DNA of 64,000 bases from a bacterium (GCA_043820875.1 JBDRDI010000034.1:11318-75317), one strand, 5' to 3'. Counted from the stretch's first letter, positions 1 through 8,434 are shown. The notes: generated from the letters alone by a model not told the origin. Made by a program: numbers and translations.

Positions 1-77
1 CCACTACTTAACCTATCCTTGAAAGGGTTTTTATTGTTAGTGTTTTCTTTGTTGTTAGTATCTTTTTGTTCGCTCAT
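1..77 (-). CDS. Hypothetical protein, N-terminal part only (runs off the left edge)
   Basis: A minus-strand ATG at 77-75 opens a frame (MSEQKDTNNKENTNNKNPFKDRLSS...) that is still open at position 1. No recognisable domain. Confidence 0.2.
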   Translation of the reverse strand, partial: MSEQKDTNNKENTNNKNPFKDRLSS

Positions 78-181
78 ATTATTTTACTTAAAAATTACTA
101 TCTTTATTATACTTTACTTTTCTTTACATAGCAAGTTAATATTTTAAAATATATTTTTGTGCTAATATTAAATAAATTATT

Positions 182-1297
182 TTAATGGATTATTTTAAAA
201 GGTTTAAATTCTTTTAATTCTCTTTTTATGTCTTTTAAAAATCCCCAACTTGGTTTGGTAAAAATTTTGTCTTCAAATTTATTAAAATCTCTTTTTGCAA
301 CTTCCCAATCATTTACTTTATATTTCCAGCGACTATCAACGATTTGTCTAAAACCCCTCATTCCTTGCTCGGCTTTACATAACATATACAATCCGACTAA
401 TTTATAAGCCTTGGTGTTTTTTATTTTAGGATCAAGCATAAAAATTTTTTGCAAAATTTCTTGCGAATCGTTGTTTGCGCTGAATAAAAATTTATTATCA
501 CTAAAAAATTTATCCCAGTATAAATTTACTATTTTTTGGCACAAATCCTTTTTTAAAATATTTTTAAATAGTGGATTGGGAGAGTAGCCGACTTTTTCCA
601 ATACTTCGTTCATTTTTCTTTTTTTACTTAATCTTATCTCAAGCCGTAATATTTCAAGGCGCAGCTGTTTTTCTTTTATAAATTCAAAAATATCTAATTG
701 TTGTGCTGTTTGATCCTTATCTATCGCCCTGTCTTTTGCCTTGTTTAAATCGTTAATCTTGTCATACAAAACTATGGCGTGGGAGTTAGTATAAAATTGC
801 AATGCCTGCCCATTATTGCGGTAATTTTTAAAATCAACATCAAACTTTTTGCTTATATCAATTTTAGCTAACTCTCTAATCGCAAAGGAGGCCGTATATC
901 CGCCGGTGAGTGGTATATTTTTTGACGGATGGAAAGATAACACCTCGGCGTTTTCAATACTTTTAGTCCACGCTCTGACTCCCATATCAGCCAATCTTTC
1001 TATTAAAGTTTTAACTACCCTGTCAAAATCATCTTGTTCTAATTCGTCTAAATTATTGTTAAACAACAGCTTGGGAGCGGAAAATTGAATTTGCAGATCA
1101 AGTCCGACTCCTCGTCTGAAAATAGTCAAACACGGTTTATAAATTCCTCTTTTTTTATCTTCTGCCGTTGGATTATTTTTAAAACTCCCAAAGCCAACGC
1201 TAAAATTTTCCATTGCTTGTTTGGTTGTGTTAAATTTACTATAATCTGTAATCCAATAATTATTTTTTGGAATTTTTAAAATTATCGTGTCCAGCAT
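182..1297 (-). CDS. Putative replication initiation protein (phage/plasmid gene II/X-like)
   Basis: 371-aa ORF. The N-terminus MLDTIILKIP and the LRLEILRLEIRL segment resemble, from memory, phage/plasmid replication initiators. It sits next to a structured non-coding block. Not verified by profile search. Confidence 0.35.
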   Translation of the reverse strand: MLDTIILKIPKNNYWITDYSKFNTTKQAMENFSVGFGSFKNNPTAEDKKRGIYKPCLTIFRRGVGLDLQIQFSAPKLLFNNNLDELEQDDFDRVVKTLIERLADMGVRAWTKSIENAEVLSFHPSKNIPLTGGYTASFAIRELAKIDISKKFDVDFKNYRNNGQALQFYTNSHAIVLYDKINDLNKAKDRAIDKDQTAQQLDIFEFIKEKQLRLEILRLEIRLSKKRKMNEVLEKVGYSPNPLFKNILKKDLCQKIVNLYWDKFFSDNKFLFSANNDSQEILQKIFMLDPKIKNTKAYKLVGLYMLCKAEQGMRGFRQIVDSRWKYKVNDWEVAKRDFNKFEDKIFTKPSWGFLKDIKRELKEFKPFKIIH

Positions 1298-1324
1298 TTC
1301 ATTACATTTTTATTATTTACAATT

Positions 1325-1603
1325 TTATTGATTCAATAATTTTTCAATTTTAGAAATTATTGCCTCTTCAATCAACTTGCTTGCTTTTTTATTTATCGGG
1401 TGGTAAATGTTTATGTTTTTGTCGCTGATTTTTTTGGTCGGGTAGGTGATCCGGTAGCCCATTCCGTCCAGCTTTTTGTGTATGCCGATTGATCCCAAAA
1501 ACAGGCAATCGTCAAAAACCACGCTCCCAAAGGCCACAAGGCCGTTATTCGCCTTTATTGGGATTATTTGTATTTCCGTTATTTTCATATAATCCAACAT
1601 CAA
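1325..1603 (-). CDS. spoVG: SpoVG family protein
   Basis: MKITEIQIIPIKANNGLVAFGSVVFDDCLFLGSIGIHKKLDG..YRITYPTKK....IYHPINKKASKLIEEAI matches the SpoVG pattern (N-terminal beta strands, then HPIN). The true start may be the internal Met at 1588. Confidence 0.75.
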   Translation of the reverse strand: MMLDYMKITEIQIIPIKANNGLVAFGSVVFDDCLFLGSIGIHKKLDGMGYRITYPTKKISDKNINIYHPINKKASKLIEEAIISKIEKLLNQ

Positions 1604-1745
1604 TGTTATTTCTTATTGCAACTTTTAAAAGCAAATTAAAAAAGCCAGTCAAATTATGATTGGCTTCAAATTGTTCCGTTGATAGATTGTTGTATTTCAG
1701 ATTTTTCATTACCTTTTTCAATAGATTTTTAATGCCTATTAACAA

Positions 1746-1980
1746 AAAAACCTCTCAAGAGAGGGCACAAAGCTTTTTATTGTTTGTGTAATCTCTTGAG
1801 AGGTTTTGCCATCCTCAGCCTCTATCCTTAATATTTTTAAGGATTATGGTGGGCTCCCGAAAGGCTAACTGCGGTTTATGCCGCCGAGCTCGGGTTAATT
1901 TCCATTATGTTTTTCAGTATCCAATGCGATGTTATGGACTACCTTATTATTCTTAACGCAATGAGTTTGTTTTGCCATAT
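1746..1980. other. GC-enriched structured non-coding block (candidate replication origin/single-strand origin or ncRNA)
   Basis: Two mutually complementary near-palindromic 14-mers: cctctcaagagagg at 1750-1763 and aatctcttgagagg at 1790-1803. There is an 8-bp hairpin, atccttaa/ttaaggat, at ~1824-1844. Nested GC stems (cccga...tcggg, gcgg...ccgc) lie at ~1856-1895. No ORF. Confidence 0.35.
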
Positions 1981-2079
1981 ATTTTTTAGGCAAATTGCGT
2001 AAAGAGAATAAAACGAACTTTCAAACTTAATTATAGTATACAATATTTATTTTAAAAGTCAAGGAGGGGGCGTATTAAG

Positions 2080-2592
2080 TCAATGCAAATTGCAGTGTTT
2101 GACCCAAATTGCTACTAATGAAAAATATTCTTCTGCAAAAAATCCGAAAAATCTTGATTCATTAGAAAATTTAATTTCTTTTAAAGCGATATCCTTTTCA
2201 AGATTATTAAAAAGCGGCGTATATTCACCGTTCTCTTGTATATCATCTCTTATTAATCCACTTCTTGGCAATTCCTTTAAGGTGATATTGGTTAAATGTT
2301 TTAACTTTGATGTTAGTGCTTTTGCTAACACATCGTCTAATTTGCAAATCTCACATTGATTCTGATTATAATTTTTGAAAACTATAACAATTTTTTTATT
2401 TTCCTTTTCATCGGTTTCCGGAATGTTATTATTGATAGCAAACGATGGATTAATCAATTCCCTCACTTTATCACTGGAAGTATTCATGATTTTTTCGATT
2501 GCTTCTATTTTTGGTTGATCGTCTTGCTTTTTAAGAAGATTAAAAATTTGATTTTTAAGTTTATCAAATTTATTGTTTTGATTTTTGCTCAT
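2080..2592 (-). CDS. Hypothetical protein, candidate toxin partner of the Panacea-domain protein
   Basis: 170-aa ORF whose start overlaps the upstream DUF4065 gene by 23 nt (translational coupling). No domain recognised. The C-terminal SRFFGFFAEEYFSLVAIWVKH is faintly RelE/ParE-like. Confidence 0.5.
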   Translation of the reverse strand: MSKNQNNKFDKLKNQIFNLLKKQDDQPKIEAIEKIMNTSSDKVRELINPSFAINNNIPETDEKENKKIVIVFKNYNQNQCEICKLDDVLAKALTSKLKHLTNITLKELPRSGLIRDDIQENGEYTPLFNNLEKDIALKEIKFSNESRFFGFFAEEYFSLVAIWVKHCNLH

Positions 2593-3040
2593 AATAACTT
2601 TTCATTTCTTCGATTGTAATTTCAGCAGACGAGGATTCATAAGACATTAATCCTGCTCGTGTTTTTTGCCACGGTTCTTCACTATGCGATAATGCTTCTA
2701 AATAATTTGCATCATATTTACCATAAACATTCCAAATTGAATCCAAAACATTCTTTTCTTCTGTCGAAATGTCTGGGAAATCAGATTCTTTGACATCTTG
2801 TTTAATTTCGTTATAGCCAAACTTTTTAAATTCTAAATAAACAATCGGCACGCTTGGGCCATGTATCCATGCTTCTATTTTGTCATCAAATAGTTTTTTA
2901 TTATTAATAACTAAATTCCACGCCTGAGAATAATAAAGTAATTTTTGTAGTTTTTTATTAGTGAAATCGGGCTTTGGATTTTTGTTATTTTTTAAAATAA
3001 AATAATCAGCAACTTGTAGCACTTTAGTTTTTTTAAGCAT
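2570..3040 (-). CDS. Panacea/DUF4065 domain protein (SocA/PanA-type antitoxin-like)
   Basis: KKLQKLLYYSQAWNLV...FDDKIEAWIHGPSVPIVYLEFKKFG is the characteristic DUF4065 core. Confidence 0.75.
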   Translation of the reverse strand: MLKKTKVLQVADYFILKNNKNPKPDFTNKKLQKLLYYSQAWNLVINNKKLFDDKIEAWIHGPSVPIVYLEFKKFGYNEIKQDVKESDFPDISTEEKNVLDSIWNVYGKYDANYLEALSHSEEPWQKTRAGLMSYESSSAEITIEEMKSYYEQKSKQ

Positions 3041-3280
3041 ATTTATATATAGTTAATTTGCTAAATACTAAATATATTCAAATTTTGCTGATTGTTTCAA
3101 TATAATATATTATTACTCTTTTAATTATTATATCACACATATCATAAATATAAAATATATTATAGTATAAAAAGTTTTTATTGTTTTATGCTGTGTTGTA
3201 TTATAGTTAGTTCCTTTGTGATTTCACCCCAATCAATAGTTCTGAACACATCACATAACTCACCCCAATTGAGAAGTTAA

Positions 3281-3310
3281 TAAAAAGACAGTCTATCCGA
3301 CTGTTTTTTT
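3281..3310. terminator. Bidirectional-looking intrinsic terminator
   Basis: A-run, then stem acagtc/gactgt (loop tatcc), then T7. Confidence 0.5.
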
Positions 3311-3340
3311 ATTCAAATTTTGAATATTCGTATTTTGAAT
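3311..3340 (+). promoter_or_regulatory. C-box-like operator pair
   Basis: Two abutting 15-mers, attcaaattttgaat and attcgtattttgaat. Each is an ATTC-N7-GAAT inverted repeat. They lie directly upstream of an AT-rich -10 (tattat/tatata, 3342-3350) and the C-protein ATG at 3354. Confidence 0.5.
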
Positions 3341-3353
3341 ATATTATATAACT

Positions 3354-3572
3354 ATGACTAAGACAATATATACAAATGAATATAAACAAATAGCTGAAAA
3401 GTTGAAAAGGGCGAGGATTGAGGCTGGTTTAACCCAAAAAGAAGTTGCTGAAAAAATTAAAAAGCCCCAATCATATATATCAAAAGCTGAAAGCGCTGAA
3501 CAAAGAATTGATGCTGTTGAATTAAAATTATTTGCAAGATTGTATAAAAAAACAATTAATTATTTTTTATAA
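3354..3572 (+). CDS. XRE-family HTH controller (C) protein of the R-M system
   Basis: 72 aa. HTH segment LTQKEVAEKIKKPQSYISKAESAEQRID. Its stop lies 1 nt before the endonuclease ATG. Confidence 0.8.
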   Translation: MTKTIYTNEYKQIAEKLKRARIEAGLTQKEVAEKIKKPQSYISKAESAEQRIDAVELKLFARLYKKTINYFL

Positions 3573-3573
3573 T

Positions 3574-4743
3574 ATGGCTAGAGTAAAAAGAAAGTGGCAT
3601 AAAAAATTTATTAAGTACATGAATTTTATTGTCAAACATCCGAATTACACCGGGATGCCTGAGGCTTATAAGGCTGACGGTTCTATTAGATGGGTAACTA
3701 GCGGTAAAGGTGAAATAGGACAAAAACGACTTAAGTGGTGGGATAAAAAAAGAAAGGAACTAAAAATAGAAAAAGAGGGACCATGGATTTCAAAAGTAGC
3801 GAGAGCGATTCATCCGACAGGATTGAAGCCGTGCCAAATTTGTGGTAAGGAAATGAGCTTGGATTACATCTATCCGAATAAAAGAAGTGGATTTAGTCCA
3901 GGCGCTATGAGTAACGCCCCTGACCGCTTCGATGGTTACCACACCTACAATTTATGTTGCAGAAGTACCCAAGATACCGGAAGACATAAAGATAATTTAA
4001 ATCGCTATGGTGAAGATAGACGCGCTTATGAAAATTGGGCAGACGGGGACTGGAAAGCTGCGAGTTGGTTGATGAAAGTTTTTAATAAACATAGGGTTAG
4101 TCCTGATCACATAGGTCCAATCTCTTTGGGGTTTTCTCATAATCCTAAGTTTAATCCTCTTACTCCGGCCAAAAACTCAGCAAAAAATAACAGAATGACT
4201 TATGCGGATGTAAAAGATTTAATCAAACTAGAAAAAAAAGGTGCGAGTGTTGTTTCGTGGCATTCAAAATATATTTGGGATCTCTTAAAGAATAAAATAA
4301 AGAATGATTCTGACGCATTAAGGTTAAGCAAAATAATGCGAAAAAATTTGCATCAGATTTTAATAATTTTAGCCGAGATATCATCGAATGGATATGATCA
4401 ATTTTTGGTTTCAAATTTTTTACACCCAGAATATGCATATTTTTCGATTTCTTTCAAAGACTTTAATCCTAAAGACGGCTCCTATAAAGAGATGACTAAA
4501 ATTCCGGGGAAAAAGAAACAATATAAAAATAATGCAAAACGATATATTCGTATTTCGCTTGAATCTCTAGCGGCGTACAGAGAGGTAAAAAACAGAAACA
4601 CTCAAACTCGTCAATCAAAAAAAGTTCGAGATGCTTTAGATAAAACTTTGTTATTGTTAAAAAACAAGCATAATGCAGGAGCTAAAAAGAGCCTCTATAA
4701 AGTGTGTTCTATACTTAGTAAAGAATCGGCTAAAAATTATTGA
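3574..4743 (+). CDS. Putative restriction endonuclease, HNH (beta-beta-alpha-Me) type
   Basis: Follows the C gene directly and converges on two MTase genes. Carries CQIC plus SPDHIGPISLGFSHNP...NSAKNN (HNH-like). The ORF-track start at 3532 overlaps the C gene, so ATG 3574 (MARVKRKW) is preferred. Confidence 0.55.
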   Translation: MARVKRKWHKKFIKYMNFIVKHPNYTGMPEAYKADGSIRWVTSGKGEIGQKRLKWWDKKRKELKIEKEGPWISKVARAIHPTGLKPCQICGKEMSLDYIYPNKRSGFSPGAMSNAPDRFDGYHTYNLCCRSTQDTGRHKDNLNRYGEDRRAYENWADGDWKAASWLMKVFNKHRVSPDHIGPISLGFSHNPKFNPLTPAKNSAKNNRMTYADVKDLIKLEKKGASVVSWHSKYIWDLLKNKIKNDSDALRLSKIMRKNLHQILIILAEISSNGYDQFLVSNFLHPEYAYFSISFKDFNPKDGSYKEMTKIPGKKKQYKNNAKRYIRISLESLAAYREVKNRNTQTRQSKKVRDALDKTLLLLKNKHNAGAKKSLYKVCSILSKESAKNY

Positions 4744-5860
4744 TCAATTTTTTCGCGTATTCTTTGGGTGATAATTTGCCAGCCATAAACTCTTGATATA
4801 ATCCTTTCGCGTTTATTTTTTTATCAAAAATATTTTCACCTCCATTAACCTTAATTGAAGGAAGATTGCTTATAGCATCTTTAACGGAAATATATCTCGC
4901 TTCATCAGTTATTATTTCTTCGGGATAACAATCCTCTGGATTTCCAGATAAAACGCCAATCATCACAACTCTTTTTCTTTTTTGTGGAACTCCGAATTTA
5001 ACTGCGTGCATTTTTTTACCGTGCATTTTATATCCTAGATCAGAAAAACTTTCTTTAATACTTTCAAAAGTTTTCCCGTTATTGCTTGTTAAAATTCCTT
5101 CGACGTTTTCAACCAAAATCACTTTTGGTTTTATTTTTTTTACAACCTCAACAAACTCTTTGAATAAGAAATTTCTCGGGTCGTCAACAATTCGTTTACC
5201 TGCGTAAGAAAATCCCTGGCAAGGAGGGCCGCCAATAATAATATCAATTTTTTTACCTTTAATACTATTATAAAGTTTTTCTTTTACATCTTTATTTGTA
5301 ATATCACCCTCAATAAGAATAGTCTTTTTGTGATTATTTTTATATGTTTCACATGCATAATTGAAATTATCATTCGCGGCAACAATATTAAACCCTGCCC
5401 ATTCAAAGCCCTTGCTTAACCCTCCTGACCCACAAAATAAATCCAAAACATTTTTAGTGTTTGTTTTTCTTTTTATTTTTTTTGCGATAGAATAAGCCAG
5501 TAGAGGTGGAACCGCATTGCCAATCTGTTTACAAAGTGATGTTTTTGATCCATAAAAAATATAATCGTCAGGAAACGATTGCAATCGTGCTGCTTCACGC
5601 GCGCTTATTACCCGGTTGTCTTTTGGATGAATATAGGCTCCGTTACCCGGCCTATTAAAATAAGTTGTTATGGTATAGCTTGGTTTATTCCAACTTAATC
5701 TTCCATACAAAGTCGTTCTTCCTCCGGTTTTTCTTATTTGTTCTAGTCTTTTTGATGGTATGTGTAATGGAATATTTTTCCAATTACCACCCTCGGGAAT
5801 CGACATGACCATTTTTAGATCGTTTATACTAAGAGGGTAAGTTACATGATTATATAGCAT
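4730..5860 (-). CDS. DNA (cytosine-5)-methyltransferase, circularly permuted motif order
   Basis: Motif IX/X-like RLSWNKPSYTIT and QIGNAVPPLLA come first. Motif I DLFCGSGGLSKGF, IV GGPPCQGFSYAG, VI ENVEG and VIII QKRKR follow. Confidence 0.9.
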   Translation of the reverse strand: MLYNHVTYPLSINDLKMVMSIPEGGNWKNIPLHIPSKRLEQIRKTGGRTTLYGRLSWNKPSYTITTYFNRPGNGAYIHPKDNRVISAREAARLQSFPDDYIFYGSKTSLCKQIGNAVPPLLAYSIAKKIKRKTNTKNVLDLFCGSGGLSKGFEWAGFNIVAANDNFNYACETYKNNHKKTILIEGDITNKDVKEKLYNSIKGKKIDIIIGGPPCQGFSYAGKRIVDDPRNFLFKEFVEVVKKIKPKVILVENVEGILTSNNGKTFESIKESFSDLGYKMHGKKMHAVKFGVPQKRKRVVMIGVLSGNPEDCYPEEIITDEARYISVKDAISNLPSIKVNGGENIFDKKINAKGLYQEFMAGKLSPKEYAKKLINNF

Positions 5861-7718
5861 AATTTAAACTTTTGTTTATTGTTGTAATTAAATTTTCTTT
5901 TCGATATTTGCTAAGAACAAAATTAATTTCATCTTTCGTTAGTCGGTATAATTTAAAAATTTCAATATTGAGCTCAGCAACGTCATCATCATTTTTTTTA
6001 TTTTTTATTTTGCTAACTAAATTTTCAATTTTTGTTTTTTGATTTTCATTTGGTATTACTATCGGTAGTTCAGCAATTTCGTAATTACTTATATGATTAT
6101 TTGAGTTTGTTATTTTAAATCTCCAGTCTAGCAGTAGTGAATTTAAAACTCCTAACAAATAATCAAGAGTAATTTTTTTATCTTCAAAAAGACTTTCCTT
6201 TTTACAAATATAATTACAAGAATTTCCGAGAACCATATTGGCAGGAATTTTTGTAAACTTTAATCTTTTATTTCCATGTATATTTGATACTTGCTGACAA
6301 ACAAGTCGATCTTTTGATAAGTGTTCTTTTTTCCCGTTTAATTTTAAAATAAAATTTTCATTTACAAATAGATTTCCCAATTCAAAATTGAATTCGGCAA
6401 TATTAATGCCTCTTAACAATGGGTAGTCGGTTTTTTTCTCAGATATAAATTTTTTATCAAGTGTTAAATCTAGCTCACCTCGAAGATTATGAATGTCTGA
6501 AAAAGATTTTACTTTGGGATGGCCGTTTATTTTTTTAAGAACATTCCAGCCTTCTTCGTTTTCAGTTATAATCGGAGCTGATTCAGAAATTGTTTTAATG
6601 GTTTCGATTTTAATTTTTATACTTCTCTTTTCAAAATCAGAAGCGTTAATTACTTCAGGATTTATTTCTAACACAGCGCCGAGTTTGCTTTTATTTAATG
6701 CGAAGAAACAAAAAGCTTGCGAAATGTCAGGGAAAAATTCATTTTTTTCTGGTATAATATAAATTTTTGAAAACGAATAATTTTCCATTAATCTTTTTCT
6801 TAATTTTTCGCTTTGGCGATCGTTTAATAAAGTAACGGGAATTAATAAACCGATACGTCCATTCTTGTTTGTTAAATTTTCAATTATTTCTTCAGTAAAA
6901 ATTTTGTAATAGTTCAACGTACCCTCATTGTATTTGTAGATATTATTAATTTTGATAAAATCTACTAAATCCTTGATATTGATACGTTCATTTTTTTCGT
7001 CCACTGAATATTTATTAGAGTTTTCTTTTAATAATTTATATGGCGGGTTTGTTAATACCATATCAAAACCTTCTTCAACAAAAAATATTTTTTTAAGATT
7101 GTTTTTAATTATTATGCCATCCGATAAGTTAAAAAGTGAGTTGCCAGAATAAAAATTATTTTTATTTATACAGATAATTATTTTATACTTAAACGCTACA
7201 TATAATGGAATTATTTTGGTTAGTAATTTTATTGCATCATGATCTATGTCGGCACAAAAAATATTTTCAATTACTTTTTGTGCTTTTACTTTATTTAAAT
7301 CCGGAATGACACTAAACATATAATCAATATATGACAAAACGAAAATCCCAATTCCTGAGCATGGCTCTAAAAATTTAATTTTCAAAAGGTCTTCATCTTT
7401 TTTTACAAATTTAAAAGCCTCTTTTGTAATCTGTTTTGCAACCTCAAAATCAGTATAGTAAATGCCAAAATGTTTTCTTTCGTCGGTTTTATCAATTTTT
7501 TTATTTTCTTTGCTTTTCTGATGTATCAAGCCAATTAATTGAATAATAGAAATTGGATTTATGGAATTATCAGTTTTTAAATTTTTATACAAAAAATCAT
7601 CAATTGAGTTTTTGATTTTTGGGCTGTCGGTTAAGAAGCTAAAAAGTATATTAATGAGCTCATCATTATTTTTATATTTGGAGCAGATAGTATTATAAAT
7701 TTGAAAAATTTTCTTCAT
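5850..7718 (-). CDS. N6-adenine DNA methyltransferase (Eco57I/TaqI-like, with C-terminal target-recognition domain)
   Basis: Motif I FLEPCSGIGIFV, motif IV VLTNPPY, and a C-terminal TRD-like LLGVLNSLLLDWRF. No nuclease domain evident. It overlaps the m5C MTase gene by 11 nt. Confidence 0.85.
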   Translation of the reverse strand: MKKIFQIYNTICSKYKNNDELINILFSFLTDSPKIKNSIDDFLYKNLKTDNSINPISIIQLIGLIHQKSKENKKIDKTDERKHFGIYYTDFEVAKQITKEAFKFVKKDEDLLKIKFLEPCSGIGIFVLSYIDYMFSVIPDLNKVKAQKVIENIFCADIDHDAIKLLTKIIPLYVAFKYKIIICINKNNFYSGNSLFNLSDGIIIKNNLKKIFFVEEGFDMVLTNPPYKLLKENSNKYSVDEKNERINIKDLVDFIKINNIYKYNEGTLNYYKIFTEEIIENLTNKNGRIGLLIPVTLLNDRQSEKLRKRLMENYSFSKIYIIPEKNEFFPDISQAFCFFALNKSKLGAVLEINPEVINASDFEKRSIKIKIETIKTISESAPIITENEEGWNVLKKINGHPKVKSFSDIHNLRGELDLTLDKKFISEKKTDYPLLRGINIAEFNFELGNLFVNENFILKLNGKKEHLSKDRLVCQQVSNIHGNKRLKFTKIPANMVLGNSCNYICKKESLFEDKKITLDYLLGVLNSLLLDWRFKITNSNNHISNYEIAELPIVIPNENQKTKIENLVSKIKNKKNDDDVAELNIEIFKLYRLTKDEINFVLSKYRKENLITTINKSLNYAI

Positions 7719-7734
7719 TTTGTTAATTTAGATT

Positions 7735-8343
7735 TTATTTTGTATAAGATAAAATACCCTTTACGACTCCCTCGACTTTAAAATTATTTTTATCTGCCAA
7801 AATAGCTTTGTATGACTGGTTAAGTGAAGTAAGAAAAAATTTATCATTATCAATCTGCTGAATTTTTTTAATAAGCACTTCGTCATTGTTAACACATATG
7901 ACAATATTTCCGTCTTCAGCTTCGTTGCCCCTTTTTCCAATCACTAGATCGCCATTTTTAATTTTCGGCTCCATTGAATCTCCTCTCGCCCGAACTAGAA
8001 AAGCGTCAGCGGAAGGAAAACCTAAAATCTTGGTTGATATTGGAATTCTATCAATCGGATTACCGTCCAGCATAGATCCGTTGGGCCCGCATTGTGCCAT
8101 TCCGTATAAATTCAAAAATGCGATTTTTTTATCCGGCTCATCAGCAAGAATTTGATAGTCCTGTGAATTATAGGGATTTTTACGTAAATAACCTTTTTTC
8201 TCAAGTTGTTGTATGTGATGATAAATTACACTCGGAGAAGAAACACCTAATTCGGTCTGTAATTCCCTAATAGTTAGTGGCTCATCAATATTATTTTTCA
8301 GTAATTTTAGTAATTTTTTTTGAGTAGGATGTAATTTTTTCAT
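7735..8343 (-). CDS. LexA-like repressor (winged-helix domain plus S24 peptidase)
   Basis: N-terminal LTIRELQTELGVSSPSVIYHHIQQLEKKGYL, a cleavage-loop-like GMAQCGPNG, Ser motif ARGDSMEP and Lys in EVLIKKI. Its stop is only 16 nt upstream of the m6A MTase start. Confidence 0.8.
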   Translation of the reverse strand: MKKLHPTQKKLLKLLKNNIDEPLTIRELQTELGVSSPSVIYHHIQQLEKKGYLRKNPYNSQDYQILADEPDKKIAFLNLYGMAQCGPNGSMLDGNPIDRIPISTKILGFPSADAFLVRARGDSMEPKIKNGDLVIGKRGNEAEDGNIVICVNNDEVLIKKIQQIDNDKFFLTSLNQSYKAILADKNNFKVEGVVKGILSYTK

Positions 8344-8369
8344 AAAGAGGTTGTTGATAACTATAATAT

Positions 8370-8434
8370 ATTATATCATGTGGATAAGAAGTGCGCAAGA
8401 ACTTATTGACTTGTTCTAATATTTGTTCTATATT
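8370..8434. promoter_or_regulatory. Back-to-back divergent promoters with a shared palindromic operator candidate
   Basis: Plus strand: TTGACT (8406-8411), 17 nt, TATATT (8429-8434). Minus strand: TTGCGC (8398-8393), 17 nt, TGaTATAAT (-10 at 8375-8370). The palindrome AGAAC-N10-GTTCT (8398-8417) spans both -35 boxes, and a third GTTCT lies at 8425-8429. Confidence 0.45.

Noticed and set aside
1545-1745. 66-aa minus-strand ORF overlapping the SpoVG start
   Set aside because: It overlaps SpoVG by 44-59 nt in another frame, is Asn-rich and low-complexity, and has no recognisable features. It was left uncalled, although a real small gene cannot be excluded.
3532-3573. Upstream extension of the endonuclease ORF (start at 3532)
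   Set aside because: It would overlap the last 41 nt of the C gene in another frame. ATG 3574, right after the C stop, fits the usual C-R operon arrangement.
7735-8343. Treating the LexA-like protein as the organism's global SOS repressor
   Set aside because: This is not supported in the window, because the AGAAC/GTTCT palindrome is absent upstream of recA, ssb and ruvC. It cannot be excluded without the whole genome, so the gene is reported as LexA-like only.
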